Both the position numbers and the translations under genes were made by a program. A stretch of 64,000 nucleotides of DNA, from the NCBI RefSeq assembly GCF_040938485.1, contig NW_027270929.1, forward strand, positions 930,001-994,000, written 5' to 3'. Below the pieces are notes generated by a model, which saw only the letters and a program-made list of their open reading frames with translations, did no database searches and was not told the DNA's origin. Of this stretch, positions 13,601-25,948 are shown piece by piece. The first letter of the stretch is position 1, and each line of letters opens with the position of its first letter. The DNA comes from Diadema antillarum. Its lineage: Eukaryota.

Positions 13601-16600
13601 GCACTCCCGCTATAACGAACACAGTTATAACAAAATTCTCGCTACAATGGAGTAAAATTCAGGTCCCAAAATTATCACCTACATACCTTTTTATAAAATC
13701 AAAATTAAAATTAAAATTTCAATATATGGAAAGAAACTGCTGGTCCCGAGGACCTTATTATAATGGAAGTTGCCTGTATCATCCACCACCTGTTCTCCAA
13801 GTCTCACCTGTCTGGCAGTCAACAAGGACTCATCTTTAGGTTTTGGTATCTCGCCATACTCGTCCAGCTCTCCCGCCTCTAGGGCGTCCAGCCACGCCTC
13901 TTCCTCTGCCTCCTCCTTGGACAGTTTGGACACTGACCGACCACTGGCCTGAGATGCCGTGCTGGGGGATGTGCCTTTCATTTTATATAAAACGATATGG
14001 AGATTGATTGGCATGAACTATCGAATGAATAACTATCAATCATAAGTTTGCTTTCATTCATGCACTAACCTGCCTACATATCACAAGGCACTTACAACGC
14101 ACTGATTTGTATAGTTAAAATTTGTCATGCATGTTGATGATAGCTTTGGGGATACCTTCTTGGCACATGTATACACTTTGTATCAGTATGTGAAGACACA
14201 CAGGAAACATATAAAGGCATATAAAGTTTACTTAAAAATTGCAGAGAAAAGAATAATGACTTTGTGCACATAAGATATTCAACCAAAAAAAGTCTTCTTC
14301 ACAGTGGTTCACAACTTAAAATTTCAGCATGTTGCAGGCTCTGAATTGTGAGAATATTGCATAAATTGTTTTTGCACAGAGTGCAAGTCAAGAGTGGGTG
14401 CAATATTTCGTGACCTATTTCCTATTGTGCTGCTTACATGGGATGTTCTGTTTTATGTTTTTTAGGCAAATGTTCTAAGTAGTTTGATGTTTATCATGTT
14501 TAGCACACGCTTTTCACATGTTTGATTACATTTTATTTTGAGCATGTTGCCAATTCTTGAGGATGTTGCGTACAATGTACCATGCTGCTGGCTTCTCAGC
14601 ATGTTGCAGCGACATGCTGAAACCCCTCATGGACCACCCTGCCTTTCTCTTTTTCTTACCACGCAAAGTGTCATTACTGGTGTCTTCTCCCAAGATGTCT
14701 TCCTCATCACTTGGTTCGTCGGATGATGCTGTCACGCTGATCTTGTCAAAGCTGTATAGTGAAAATCAGATACTGTAGATGAAAAATGCACCTCCCTGAG
14801 ACCAGAAGTGATGGCCATGCTGGTAGTATCTTAACCTTTCAGAATTCAATATAGAACGGGTTAACAGACATTATAACACGAATTAAACTAGAAGCAATGA
14901 CTGTGATGTCTTGTGAAATGCATATGTATAAACAAAAGCAATATAATGAAGATTCAATAATAAATACTGCATTATGCTTCATCCACAATGGAGGTGTTTT
15001 AAAACACAGATGTGTGTTTATATCAGTTCAGTCAGTCATTTTGGGAGGGATACAACTGTATGCTGAAAATTGGGTGTATTGCAGTCAAACAGATGTAGGA
15101 TAGGATTTGGGGTTGCTCAATAAACCTAGCAACATTAACTGCCTTTCCTTCCACCCAGACTGGTCAGAAGATATCAGGTGCAACCACTCTGCACTGCAAA
15201 ATTTCCAAATCTTAAGTAGTGATGTACAAGTAAATATAGTGCATATACATAACACAAATAACACAAATATGCAAACAAATCAACAAACAAACAACATTAT
15301 TGAGGATTCCTGTTCGGTGGAATGGAATTACAGTCAACTATGCTTAAGTCAACCTCGGATGAGTCAAATAATCGCCTAAATCAAAGGTCTTTTCAAGTTC
15401 TCTTCTCTTTACATTCTATTGACTTAAATCCCTCAGAAGTTGCATTTTCTCGAAGTCAAAGCCATTTCTTCATTTCAAATAGATTCAATTTAGGCAAGGT
15501 TGACTACATACCTTCTCCTCATTTAACAATCTTACCTCTTGGTTCTAAGTGTTTGTCCACCGATCTTGATCTTGAGCTTGAGCTGTGGTTTGCCAGTTAG
15601 TGAGTCTGTGGCTTCAACTAGTTCACTCTGCCCCGTGTCTGAACTTTGGCCGCCACTCATCAACTCGCGATGGCGCTTGTGCTTCTTGTGCTTGTGTTTC
15701 TTGTGCTTCTTGTGGTGCTGTGGACTGCTAGTGTAACCTTTTGAGTCAAGACATGAGAAGCCAATTCAGTAAACCAATATGAAGATGTGGCATGGGTGAC
15801 CCTATTGCCATTTGATGGAAATGTGAAACAAAGGATGACCTTGAAAAATCTGTAAGTTAGTAGTATACCAGCTTTTAAACTATGCAAAACTAAAAAAAAA
15901 AAGGCAGATGACAGATATAATCTGCTTTCTAAAATCTGTTATAAAGACTTAGAATTCCCTGAATGATACTTGATTATAAATCGATGTCAAGTTCAAATAA
16001 GAATATTTAGATAATAACATCACTGAACAAGCCTGTTTCCAGACTGTACATAATTCTCCTCCGCACATAAAGCAAGTGGCCTTTGATTCAACAGGGTTCC
16101 ATGAATAGACCACTCTTACAAATAAAAAATGGCGCATATTAAGTGCGAAATTCAAACTATGCAACTACCTCCACATGTGTTCCGAAGAGCACAACAGTGG
16201 GCCACGTCGCCGGACCCCCGAAATCATTGTCGCGACCCTCCAGGGTCAGCTCACATAAGCAGTTCAACGGGTAAGTAAACGGGTAAGTAAAGTTGTATAG
16301 CAACACATATAGACTCGTTTTATTCCAAGTTTTGAAGTTACTAGTCCGTTTATCTGCATTGAATCTGTAGGGCGTGTACACTTACAGCCATGATGGCAGC
16401 CGTTTCTGAGATAACTTGAGCGTGATACGCAATATTTATATTTTGCATTCCACCCGTGCTAGAATTTGCGGTAACACCATGGTTCGTCAACGTGTTCAGG
16501 CGTTGAATCTCTCGTACAGCGTGTGGAGTACATGGAGAACCGCGCTCTCGTAGTGCGATACCGTGCGATGTACTATGTATAGTTTCACCCGCACGTGGCA

Positions 16601-18460
16601 CGCGCACTAATACATTCACATAGGCAGGGCGAGCGCACGGGCCGTACTTCGCGAATGTCGAACCACAGTTACCCGGTGCCGAACAATGGTCACAGGCGTT
16701 CGAACAATGGTTGCAGCGCAAGCGTATGGATCATGCACGCTATTTTGATTCCGCAACTTAAGATGTCAAATCAGGGGCCACTTGCTTTACATTTAATACA
16801 CTTTTTTTTTCTTTTATGACGTGTAATGTTCACTATTAATAGCTTAATGTTAGACACATGCAACAAGCAGAAGTGAGGGTTCCTATCCAGTTATTTAAGA
16901 TTCACAACTGCATAATGATCATGCATCATCCCTGGTGCTGGTCACCATTGATGTAACGTTACCAATAATGCTATCATTGAAGGTCAATTTTATTTCAAAA
17001 TAGAATCGATATTAGAACTCTAGTCCAGAGTAGACTAGAGTAACTGCGTCAGTAAGCGGCCGTGCAGCCGTTCGCGGCAGGTACAACATACACGGTAATA
17101 TACAGCTAAACACAGCATTGCACTGTCACATGCACACTACACATATACTAACACACTAGCAATCAACAAAAACCAACCGATAAAATGGGCACGATCTCTG
17201 ACGAAAGTGAAATTTTCTCACCTAAATGACAACATATCGCATCCAAAATGAAATTTTCGGTACTTCTTAACATAACAGTTAAGAAACAATGGTCCACGAA
17301 ACTGAATTTTTTGTCGTTTTCTCGATGTTCATGGATTTTGAAAACATATCCTCACGTAAAATAGAACTTTCGCGAGCCGATGTGGGCCGCCATTTTCTTC
17401 GGAAAGTGGATGTTACCATCGAAAAAAAAAGAGAAAAACACGAGAAAGACATCAACAACACCGCCAGAATTGCGATCTTGTTTGCAGCCAATGCATGTGC
17501 GCATGCTATTTTCGCGTGCTTTCGCAATGGGAATTGGCGCTTACGCAATGTTCGCGAGACATGTGAAGGCGTTCAGCTAAAGATCGCGGAGCACGCGCGT
17601 ATTGCATAGGGATTGTACATCGTGCCGCAAGCAGAAATACTACGTCGCATATCGCCCTTATCAGCGAAAATTGCGCCGGGTTTTGCCCTGGTAAATCATG
17701 AAAACTGCGTTGGTCAATGGTAAATTTCTTTCATGAAAACAATTGCATTAATGAATAATCTTGTCTATGATATATGAAGTGGTTGAAAATAATTTGCCTG
17801 ATTTGTTTACAAGTTGGAAAAACCCTCAACAATGCTTAAACTGCCGCAAACGGGATATTTTACTCTAGACAACTCTAGCCTTATATAAATATACACCCGC
17901 ATCCGTTTCATACATATCCCAGTGGTCAAATTTTGGACGCCATTGGTTGAATAAAGGACAGGTTGCTATCATTTAATGTTAAATTTACATCTTTGTAATT
18001 CATTATTTAGTTTTACATTCCAGCAGTTGCACAAAATTTAATTTACAGACAGCGAAGCGTACGTACGTACGGTAGGTGTGCATTCCTACATGATTACCTG
18101 GCTGTAATGCTATAAAGTGTTACTGCTACTGCTAGACACATCAACACTACTGTCGATCCGTCGATTGACCCGGGGAGGTATCACCTCGTACCTCGACCTC
18201 CCTGATTGAACAAACCTGTCTGTGGCTGTGCCCTGTGGCTGTGATGCAGAGTATCGGTAAACGGTCGGATCACAGACGTTTGTCATGATTTATACGTGTG
18301 CCCACATACTTAAAACGCTGTTGTTGATTAATGAGCTTGCGGCTCGCGTACCAAATTATCAAAATATCCCAAGAAAATACGTGTTCCCACTACAATTTAC
18401 CATCAAAAAAAGATTGCACTCACCATCTTCAGCTATAGCTTGGTCTCTCCGTTTTCCCAT
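10694..18460 (-). CDS. INO80B: INO80 complex subunit B (PAPA-1 / zf-HIT protein), 8 coding exons, 323 aa
   Basis: Minus-strand exons 18460-18424, 15737-15536, 14751-14660, 13974-13808, 13024-12860, 12355-12299, 11691-11576, 10829-10694. All GT-AG, total 972 nt. Motifs: MGKRRD; HHKKHKKHKHKKHKR; KPQLKLKIKIGGQTL; EEEAWLDALEAGELDEYG...LLTARQ; EMLQKKAQKAQRRR...KQTIEKLLKK; C-terminal zf-HIT CGIAGCRNAKKYSCSKTGVPLCSLECYRKN. Confidence 0.95.
13596..13778. mobile_element. Family B MITE copy (degenerate ends)
   Basis: GTGCACTCCCGCTATAACGAACACAGTTATAACAAAATTC ... AACTGCTGGTCCCGAGGACCTTATTATAATGG matches 3599-3783. Confidence 0.65.
16068..16789. mobile_element. CpG-rich MITE in INO80B intron 1 with TA duplication
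   Basis: TA|AAGCAAGTGGCCTTTGATT ... AATCAGGGGCCACTTGCTT|TA, plus a weaker subterminal inverted match (TTAAGTGCGAAATTCAAA near 16140 vs TTTTGATTCCGCAACTTAA near 16743). Confidence 0.65.
17017..17880. mobile_element. Putative degenerate CpG-rich TIR element in INO80B intron 1
   Basis: Left end has hairpin ACTCTAGTC-N7-GACTAGAGT and CCGTTCGCGGCAG. Right end CTGCCGCAAACGG...TTACTCTAGACAACTCTAG is a gapped inverted match. Confidence 0.4.
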
Positions 18461-19633
18461 TGTTGCATAAATTGTAAATATCTGCGATTTATCTTCTGGC
18501 AGTTCTGCTGCTTTTTCGTGAAGATGTTGGTAATCGCTTCATTGCTGCGACAATCAACGCGGAGGGCGCCAATCAAGCTACCGCCACATCAAAACACCCC
18601 ATTCATTGGAACACGATGGTTTGACTTGGGCCATGGCATTGACAGTTTACTCTCTCTAAGTTGGGAAGAGAGAGTATGCTAACAATTGCAGTATATTATC
18701 TCTTCCCAATTAACCATTACCTTTTCAAATGATAATTATTTCCTTCCATTCAAATAATACCAGAAACATCAATTATTTTGGAATTACTGTACAACATAAC
18801 AGAATAATATTCCTTGAGTAAAGTGACAACAAAGATGAAAATTTTTGTTATGTATTATTTTTTTTTCAACATGACATGTAAAATACCATTAGTACAGCTA
18901 CATTTTTTTTTGAGAAAAAATGTAGATACCATAGAGTAAATACAATATATACCACACCCTCCCTTCCCCGCCCACTTTTGTTACTGTTTTCAATCAACCA
19001 TGCTGTCATGACACCAATGAGGGAAAGCTCGGAAAGAACACAATCAATTATTATCCGCACCCAATTAGTGCACTGGAATCATAAGCATGTGTAACTGGAA
19101 TGAAAATGCCCTCTATCCTTTCGTAAATTCTAGCATAGATTTCAATCTTTTACATGCAGACCACATTTAACTAGTAATAGAAACTGCAGATACATAACGG
19201 GAAAGATTTGATAGATTGTTCCTAATGTGCGCCTAAGTCATTCTTGCCCGTTGAGCATTCGAGTTTGGGTCATTTATTTCCTTACTGTCTCTGCGCTGAC
19301 AGGAAATTTTTAGAACGTGTAAGCTAGATCTGCAACTGTAGGCCTATTTATGAAATTATGAGAGAACGAAGAAAGGATAAATGATAGGGCCTACCAATAT
19401 ACAGTTATAAAAGTTTTTAGTAACTATCAATATAGCCTGTATGGGCAGGAATTCTGTTTCTTTTTCTTCTCCGTCTTCTTCTTCTTTTTCTCATTTTTAA
19501 AGTGTGGAAATCGATTCGATCAGCATTAAGCCTCGTTTTAATAGTCTTTTATCTAAATGAACAGGATGATTTGTATGTGATCATGCTAATACTTTCATTA
19601 TAACATACTAAAATAGTGTACGCATGAATAGGG

Positions 19634-19666
<33 letters not shown>

Positions 19667-20386
19667 GACACACACACATCCACTTTTTGTTCTTCATTTT
19701 TAAAAAAAAATGATAATAATACTTGGAAAATAAGGTTCAGAAAAATCATATGCAACCAAAAATCAAAGCAACGCATGACTTTCCGAGAGTTCACGGCTTG
19801 AAAATTCTGCTCCATGAAAACGGGGTAGGGGAATTCTTACTGACCCTTTAACCCCCCCCCCCCCCCCCCCCCCCCCCGCCACAAACACACATGCGCACTA
19901 AACATTCCTCTCCCCCTTGCATGTATGTGTGTATTTGTGTGCCAGTGTATTATCTTGATCGGTTCCATTCCAATATAACAAACTGAAATCTATCATCAGA
20001 TCGATGAGGATGATGACTGTTCGTCTGTATGTAATCAATGAATTTCATGCACTGGGGGAATTCACAAATTCCACAAGTCAGTTTTCAACGCCATTAGGCC
20101 TACTAAAAATAACTAGTATATCAATCGGTCGCATCCGCGTAAGTGCACCCTTGCTAGATTAAACAGTATATTGTACCCCACCTCTGCTCATCCTAAGATC
20201 TAGATGCCGACAGATTGATAACGCCATCTACGTTGACGAAGAGCCAGTAAATAAACAACCGCACGTGTTTCAACTTCCTCCATCTGATGAGCGACTTTCT
20301 GAAGGATTATCCGTCACGTTGTTGATCCCAACCACTTACACTTTGTTTGTCAGCCTTAAAATAAGCCATCTTTGTACACATGAAAA
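18461..20386. promoter_or_regulatory. Divergent (head-to-head) promoter interval INO80B / DCTPP1
   Basis: Start codons face away from each other 1.9 kb apart. CpG-enriched stretches lie near both starts, with a poly-C tract at ~19853-19878. Confidence 0.55.
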
Positions 20387-23348
20387 ATGAATTCGTCTAA
20401 TGGATCAAACGAGGTTGCTCAAGAAAATCCCAATTTCAAGTTCAGCGCAGAAACAACGTTTGAGGAGTTGTAAGTGACGTAGGCCTACCAATTGGTGTTA
20501 GTCCCGTGCGCCTATAGTGATGTCAGTTGATTTGATGGTGCCCTTGCCCGCCCGCGACGCAACCAGACGCCGTGCGAAACCGCGACTTACTACAACATAC
20601 AGCGACAGGGATGTGTGTAGTTAATGTGAATATTAAATGGTGCCCATGAAACGAAATGTGGAGAGTTGTTTTTCTAGTTTCATAGCTACTTCTGCGAGAA
20701 AACTCCGCATGCTAAGGAGGCATAGAAGGATCGATCGGATCCGTAAGTCAGAATGTAAATGCTGAGCTGAGGTTTTTAAACTTGCACTGTAGGTGCATTG
20801 TAATTTGTGGCGATTAATTTCTATTGCATTGGTGTGCATATTAAGATGCAAGTAAAAATCCATCCCTCAGTTTAGATGCTGCAGCAGCTTGGTGGTAAAG
20901 CTCTCGTGAGGGCCCATACTGGTGAGACAGCAGCGATCAAGGGTTGTTGGTCGGGAGCCCACTCCAGAGTGTTATTGTTCTAGAAAAGTGACTCTGAGTG
21001 CTGGTACAGTTTGGTGCGAGGAGGAATCATCTGTAGGTTGTTAAGGTGATGATGCCGTGTGTTGCCGGGTATCTTGGGTGTGGCATAGTGGGTTAATGGC
21101 AATGTTTGCAGCAATCCTTCGTTTCTCTAGGCCCTCTCTTTCAAATGATACAGATGTCATATTCAATTCAATTCAACATCAATTTTACATAGCATTTTAT
21201 CTGAACCTTGAACATGATAAATTGGGCTGTCTTAATTTTCATTTCTTAAATATTTCTATTTGTCTATGAAGTGATGGTATCATGAAAGCTTCAACTCTAT
21301 GGTAGCTCTATAGTAGGTAAGAAGCATTTTATGACAGTTCAATCGTCAATTTTGTGTTAGATCTACAGTATAAGGCTGCCCTTTTAGAGCTTTATTGATT
21401 TATAATTCTTGATAGATAAGTATGGCTGTTGCGTAATTTTATTTGGAATAGAGAGATGGGTAAAATTCAAATCATATTCTTAGTTTGAGACTTTAAACTT
21501 GATGCGGCGCTCAACTGATTTTTTACCTGCCAATCAGCTATCCGTATGTAATTTTGATAATGTGTGTTTCTGGTGTGAATTGACTTTTGTTTCATTTCTG
21601 TTTTTGTTTTGTTGTGTTGTCAGGAGACAAATGGCAGACAAATTTGTGGAAGACAGGGACTGGAACCAGTATCACTCACCAAGAAATCTGCTGTTAGCAA
21701 TGGTACTTGAAGTTTGATCTAATACATTCCTTCCTCACTGGCATGTAGTGTGCAACATAAGCATCACAAGGATCTCTTTATAATTTGAACTATGATATCT
21801 TACATTTTGTGACCTTGTATGATTAATGTCTGTAAGAGAATGATAATTAATACTAATTATATTGATAGCAAACCAAATGTTAATTTATGCTCTGTTAGTA
21901 ATATCTATCATAGTGAAATTACTAAGAATTTCTTTCTTTTTTATCCAAATGGCTCAAGGTATCTTCATGAAACCTAGCCTTGCATGTATTGCCCGACAAT
22001 AGTTTTCTTGGGAAGTTTTAGGGCAAGAGGTCAAAGATCTCAAAATGCTAAAATGACACTATTTAGAGCTGAAATTACACCATTTTTGTCATGCATGTAC
22101 CTAGGAAATGCTCAATATATACACCTAATTAAAGTTGTCTTTTTCAGTTCTGCATATACTTCACACATGAATATGGTGTTTTTGATTGTTGTCATCTCTG
22201 TGAAATAATTTTGCATTGGGCAGACATGTAAACTTTTCTTTAAAATGTTGATTTGTTGCCCTTAGGTTGGTGAAGTTGGAGAGCTGGCCGAAATTTTGTA
22301 AGTAAGATGATAATACACCATTATCCCTCAGATGTATGCACTTTGTTCCACTTGTCCTGTGTGCATGTGCTTGCCCATTCTTGAGATTTACATTTTTGTG
22401 GTATATTGTATTTAACAAGTACATCAGGAAATGAAGACTTTAAATGCAGAAACAGATGTATCATTTGTTATAAATTTGAGATAGTGAGATTTAATCTCCT
22501 GAAAAACAAAGACAAATGATTAAAATATATGCGATCATTTTCATAATATCTTCTAAAGTATTTTATGTCATGTGATGAATGCAGTACCATTTAAAGTTTT
22601 TGTTTTTCTCTGTTTGATGATGACTGACCTTTAAAAAAATGAAATGGTGGAGGTTTTTTTTTTTTTTTTTTTTGCATTCAAACCCTTCAAATATGTGAAT
22701 GTTTCTATTTGTTTTATTCTATTTGATCTAAAGACAGATGACACAGGGCTTTTAATACAAGTTTAATACATGTTTGATTAGGAAAACCTCTGTAAATTCA
22801 GTTTGACTGGTACTCTGTAGCGTCATCTTAAAATGTGCCATTGAATAGCTGGCATGCAAATTGTCATATGTAAATGTGTTGGAGCAAACAAGTTAATAAA
22901 ACATGTGCTACGTACTTTCGAATGAGATTTGAAAAGATTTGAAATGGTGCAATGCTAGAAATATGAACAAATGGCCAAAGTTTCATAATGAAGCACATGC
23001 ACTAAAAAGCAAATGTTACCACTACTGTAGCTGTGCCCAAAATATTGTAAGTTTTATTATGTTGTTTTAATTTTGTTTTCCTACTGTTTTGAAAGTTCTC
23101 TCTATTTTAATCCCTTTCTGTAGCCAGTGGCGAGGAGAAGTGAAAGAAGGTCTCCCAAGTAAGTTAACATCCTACTCCACAGCACCAAATCTATTCACAT
23201 AAAGTGCATGATATATATTCCCTTGACCCGTCCCCAAGATCTGTAGGACAAATTACATTTTTCATGCCCCATGGAGGAGCAAGGTCAAGTCTTCTTTCAT
23301 TGTCCAAGGGAAAAGATTTTTTGAGAAATTTTGATTCTGTCATATATG

Positions 23349-23411
<63 letters not shown>

Positions 23412-23888
23412 CATGAAATTAAACAAAACTTTCAAAAAGTTGTACCTTCTATACAGATCATCCAATGTTCTTCAAACTTTCGCTGTTTCATCATTTTGCC
23501 TGTGTGAGTGGGAAAATGTCCCCCTTCACAACATAGAGTAAAAATTTTATTTTAAGCATACACCTTTATATGGTGATGGCATCAATTTGATTCTGTTTAA
23601 AAAAGAATGAATAAACAGTTTTAAAAGAGTATATGTGCTACCCCATTGTTAATGTGTCCTTTTCAATCTATTTCTGCAGATTTTTCAGAAAAAGACAAAA
23701 CTCATGTAGCCCAGGAGCTGAGCGATGTACTCATCTACCTGGTCCGCCTCGCCCAGAAGTGCCACGTGGACTTGCCTCTCGCTGCCAAGGAAAAGATGGC
23801 CCTCAATGAGCAGAAGTACCCAGCGGAGAGGGTCAGGGGGTCAAGCAAGAAGTATTCCGAGTACTCCGAGAGCGGGGAGAGAAAGTGA
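20387..23888 (+). CDS. DCTPP1: dCTP pyrophosphatase 1 (MazG-like), 5 coding exons, 145 aa
   Basis: Exons 20387-20469, 21624-21702, 22266-22297, 23124-23158, 23680-23888. GT-AG, total 438 nt. Translation ...FKFSAETTFEELRQMADKFVEDRDWNQYHSPRNLLLAMVGEVGELAEIFQWRGEVKEGLPNFSEKDKTHVAQELSDVLIYLVRLAQKCHVDLPLAAKEKMALNEQKYPAERVRGSSKKYSEY shows the MazG/DCTPP1 signature (EVGELAE, ELSDVLIYL). Confidence 0.96.
20870..21140 (-). pseudogene. Decayed 3' end of a non-LTR retrotransposon (LINE) RT ORF
   Basis: Minus strand reads LEKRR...YQHSESLF[fs]RTITLWSGLPT, resembling the SFFPRTIxxWNxLP motif that ends CR1/L2/RTE-group ORF2 proteins. It contains stops and frameshifts. Confidence 0.45.
23345..23410. repeat. 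(TA)n microsatellite
   Basis: Long ATATAT run in DCTPP1 intron 4. Similar runs lie at ~8164-8230 and ~28797-28832. Confidence 0.95.
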
Positions 23889-24663
23889 TGATGCAGTGGA
23901 GTATGGGGAAGGACATTCTCATCTGCAAGACATCAGTGCAGAGAAGAATGCTGATGAATGAAAAAAACATTTGATAATTATCAAGGAAACATTTGAGTGT
24001 AATTTCATGGAAGATATCCTATACGACCATGCAGCCGCACAGTTTTCCTCTTGATTGTAGGCAATTGTTGCCTTCCAAATAGATTTTTTTTTTAATGGGG
24101 GGGGGGTGGTTAAGAGGGGCATAGGGGAGCAAAAGTGATTACTCTAGACTTGATTTTCTCACTGTCATTTTAACTGCTTGTCGTCCAGTACTCGTGAGTA
24201 AGTATTCAACTCAGTGACAATACCGTGAGCACTTTCTCGCTTGTGACTGTTGACATTTTAAGCTTTGTACTGCATAAAGTGTTAGGACAGGTCAAATTGT
24301 GAATGATACTCTCATGGGCATATGCTTTTGATTTAAATGTATTTAAGTATAAATTCCTGAAAGATTGGGGAGAGACTTTTGGAGATGGACAATGGTTAGC
24401 TATGGTAGATGTATGTGCAAGTGTGTAAAAGAATCTTTCATATAGGAGTATATAGTGAGATTAAACATTGAAGTAGGCTTTATGGGTTTCATGTTCATAT
24501 ACAATATTCTACAAGGTTATACTGCATATACAAGTGTACGTAGTCTGTATGAACATTCAAACTTTCATCTATTTCATTTCTTGATACAGCTGTCTTGTAT
24601 GCAAAATTGCTGAGAGGGTGCACTGTAATTTTGAAAATATCACTGACATTTTGTAAAGTGCTC

Positions 24664-25220
24664 TTAAAGGACAAGTCCACCTTCATATACATGTGGATTG
24701 AGTAAATGCAACAATATTAGCAGAACACATCAGTGAAAGTTTGGGGAAAGTCCAACAATCCGTTCCAAAGTTATGAATTTTTAGAGTATCTGTGCAGTCA
24801 CTGCTGGATGAGAAGACTACTACAGTGTATGATGTCACATGCATACGACGATATGAGGAAAATAAAAGGAGAATTTCACAAAACTTTACTTTTTGAATGA
24901 CATGCAAATTTCTTCGGCTTGTTACTGATGTATGTTAAGGGTAATTATTTCCCCTGCCTTCTGAAAAAGAGAAGTCAAATGTTCTGTTGTTATGCGAGAA
25001 AAGTGAAAATATGTTGAATTTTCTGTATTCATTTCTTTATATCGTTGTACACATGTGACAGCACTAATCTTCTCGTCCAGCCATGACTGAGCAGAAACTT
25101 CAAAAATTCATAACTTTTGAACCGATTGTCTGATTTTCCTCTGACTCTCATTTATGTGTTCTACTAATATTGCTGCATTCACTCAACCCACATGTCTATG
25201 AAGGTGAACTTGTCCTTTAA
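24664..25220. mobile_element. TTAA-flanked MITE family A, copy 2 (inverted relative to copy 1)
   Basis: TTAA|AGGACAAGTCCACCTTCAT ... ATGAAGGTGAACTTGTCCT|TTAA. Confidence 0.8.
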
Positions 25221-25309
25221 CTAATGAAGTTAAGATGTGTGAAAACAAAGGAGAGAGTCTAGTATCTTTCTGCTTAAAAGTTAGCCTAAACAGTCTTGAA
25301 CCTGTGACA

Positions 25310-25505
25310 TACTGTAAAAGTGGATATTTTCGCCTAACTAATTTTTTGCGCTTGGCCGGGTAAGAAGAGTTTGATGTGTTTATAATTCTGCAGAATCGAG
25401 ACAGTACGCACAGGAACATACGGCAAGCAAAAATATTCACGTGCTTTAATTTTCGCGCTAGTTTCTGGTTGCACAAAATACACGAAAATTTCCACTTTTA
25501 CAGTA
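25310..25505. mobile_element. Family C MITE
   Basis: TA|CTGTAAAAGTGGATATTTT ... AAAATTTCCACTTTTACAG|TA. Confidence 0.7.
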
Positions 25506-25948
25506 TACGTACATGTATATAAAATTTAGGAATACTACCTGATGTTAACCATCCTCGGGGACCAAAGATAATGAATTGATACATCATACATGTCCACACA
25601 CATACATACATGTGTGTAGTGCGATTGTATGCACAGGTAAACTTGTAAGTACAGCATACCTTTTTATATAGCCAACATATTTCTGCTCCATATTTCTGCA
25701 TCATTTTTCTGCTCCAAGGAGTTGTTTTAATGATTATATTATATATATATATACAATGTATGTGTGTGTGTGTGTATAGTCAGGGTAATGTATGTGTACG
25801 TACTTGAGCATTCGTAAAACATGTAGGCCTATGTGTGCACACATAAAGTGTCAGTTATTTCTTCTAAGCACTTTACTGTATATGCCATATATTTTGCAAG
25901 GATTTTATTTCTCAAGTCAGGTGCTATTTGAGGATTTAAAAACAAACG

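Noticed and set aside
16350-16721. 123-aa Cys-containing ORF on minus strand
   Set aside because: No recognisable domain; it lies inside a GC-rich TIR element where stop codons are rare by composition.
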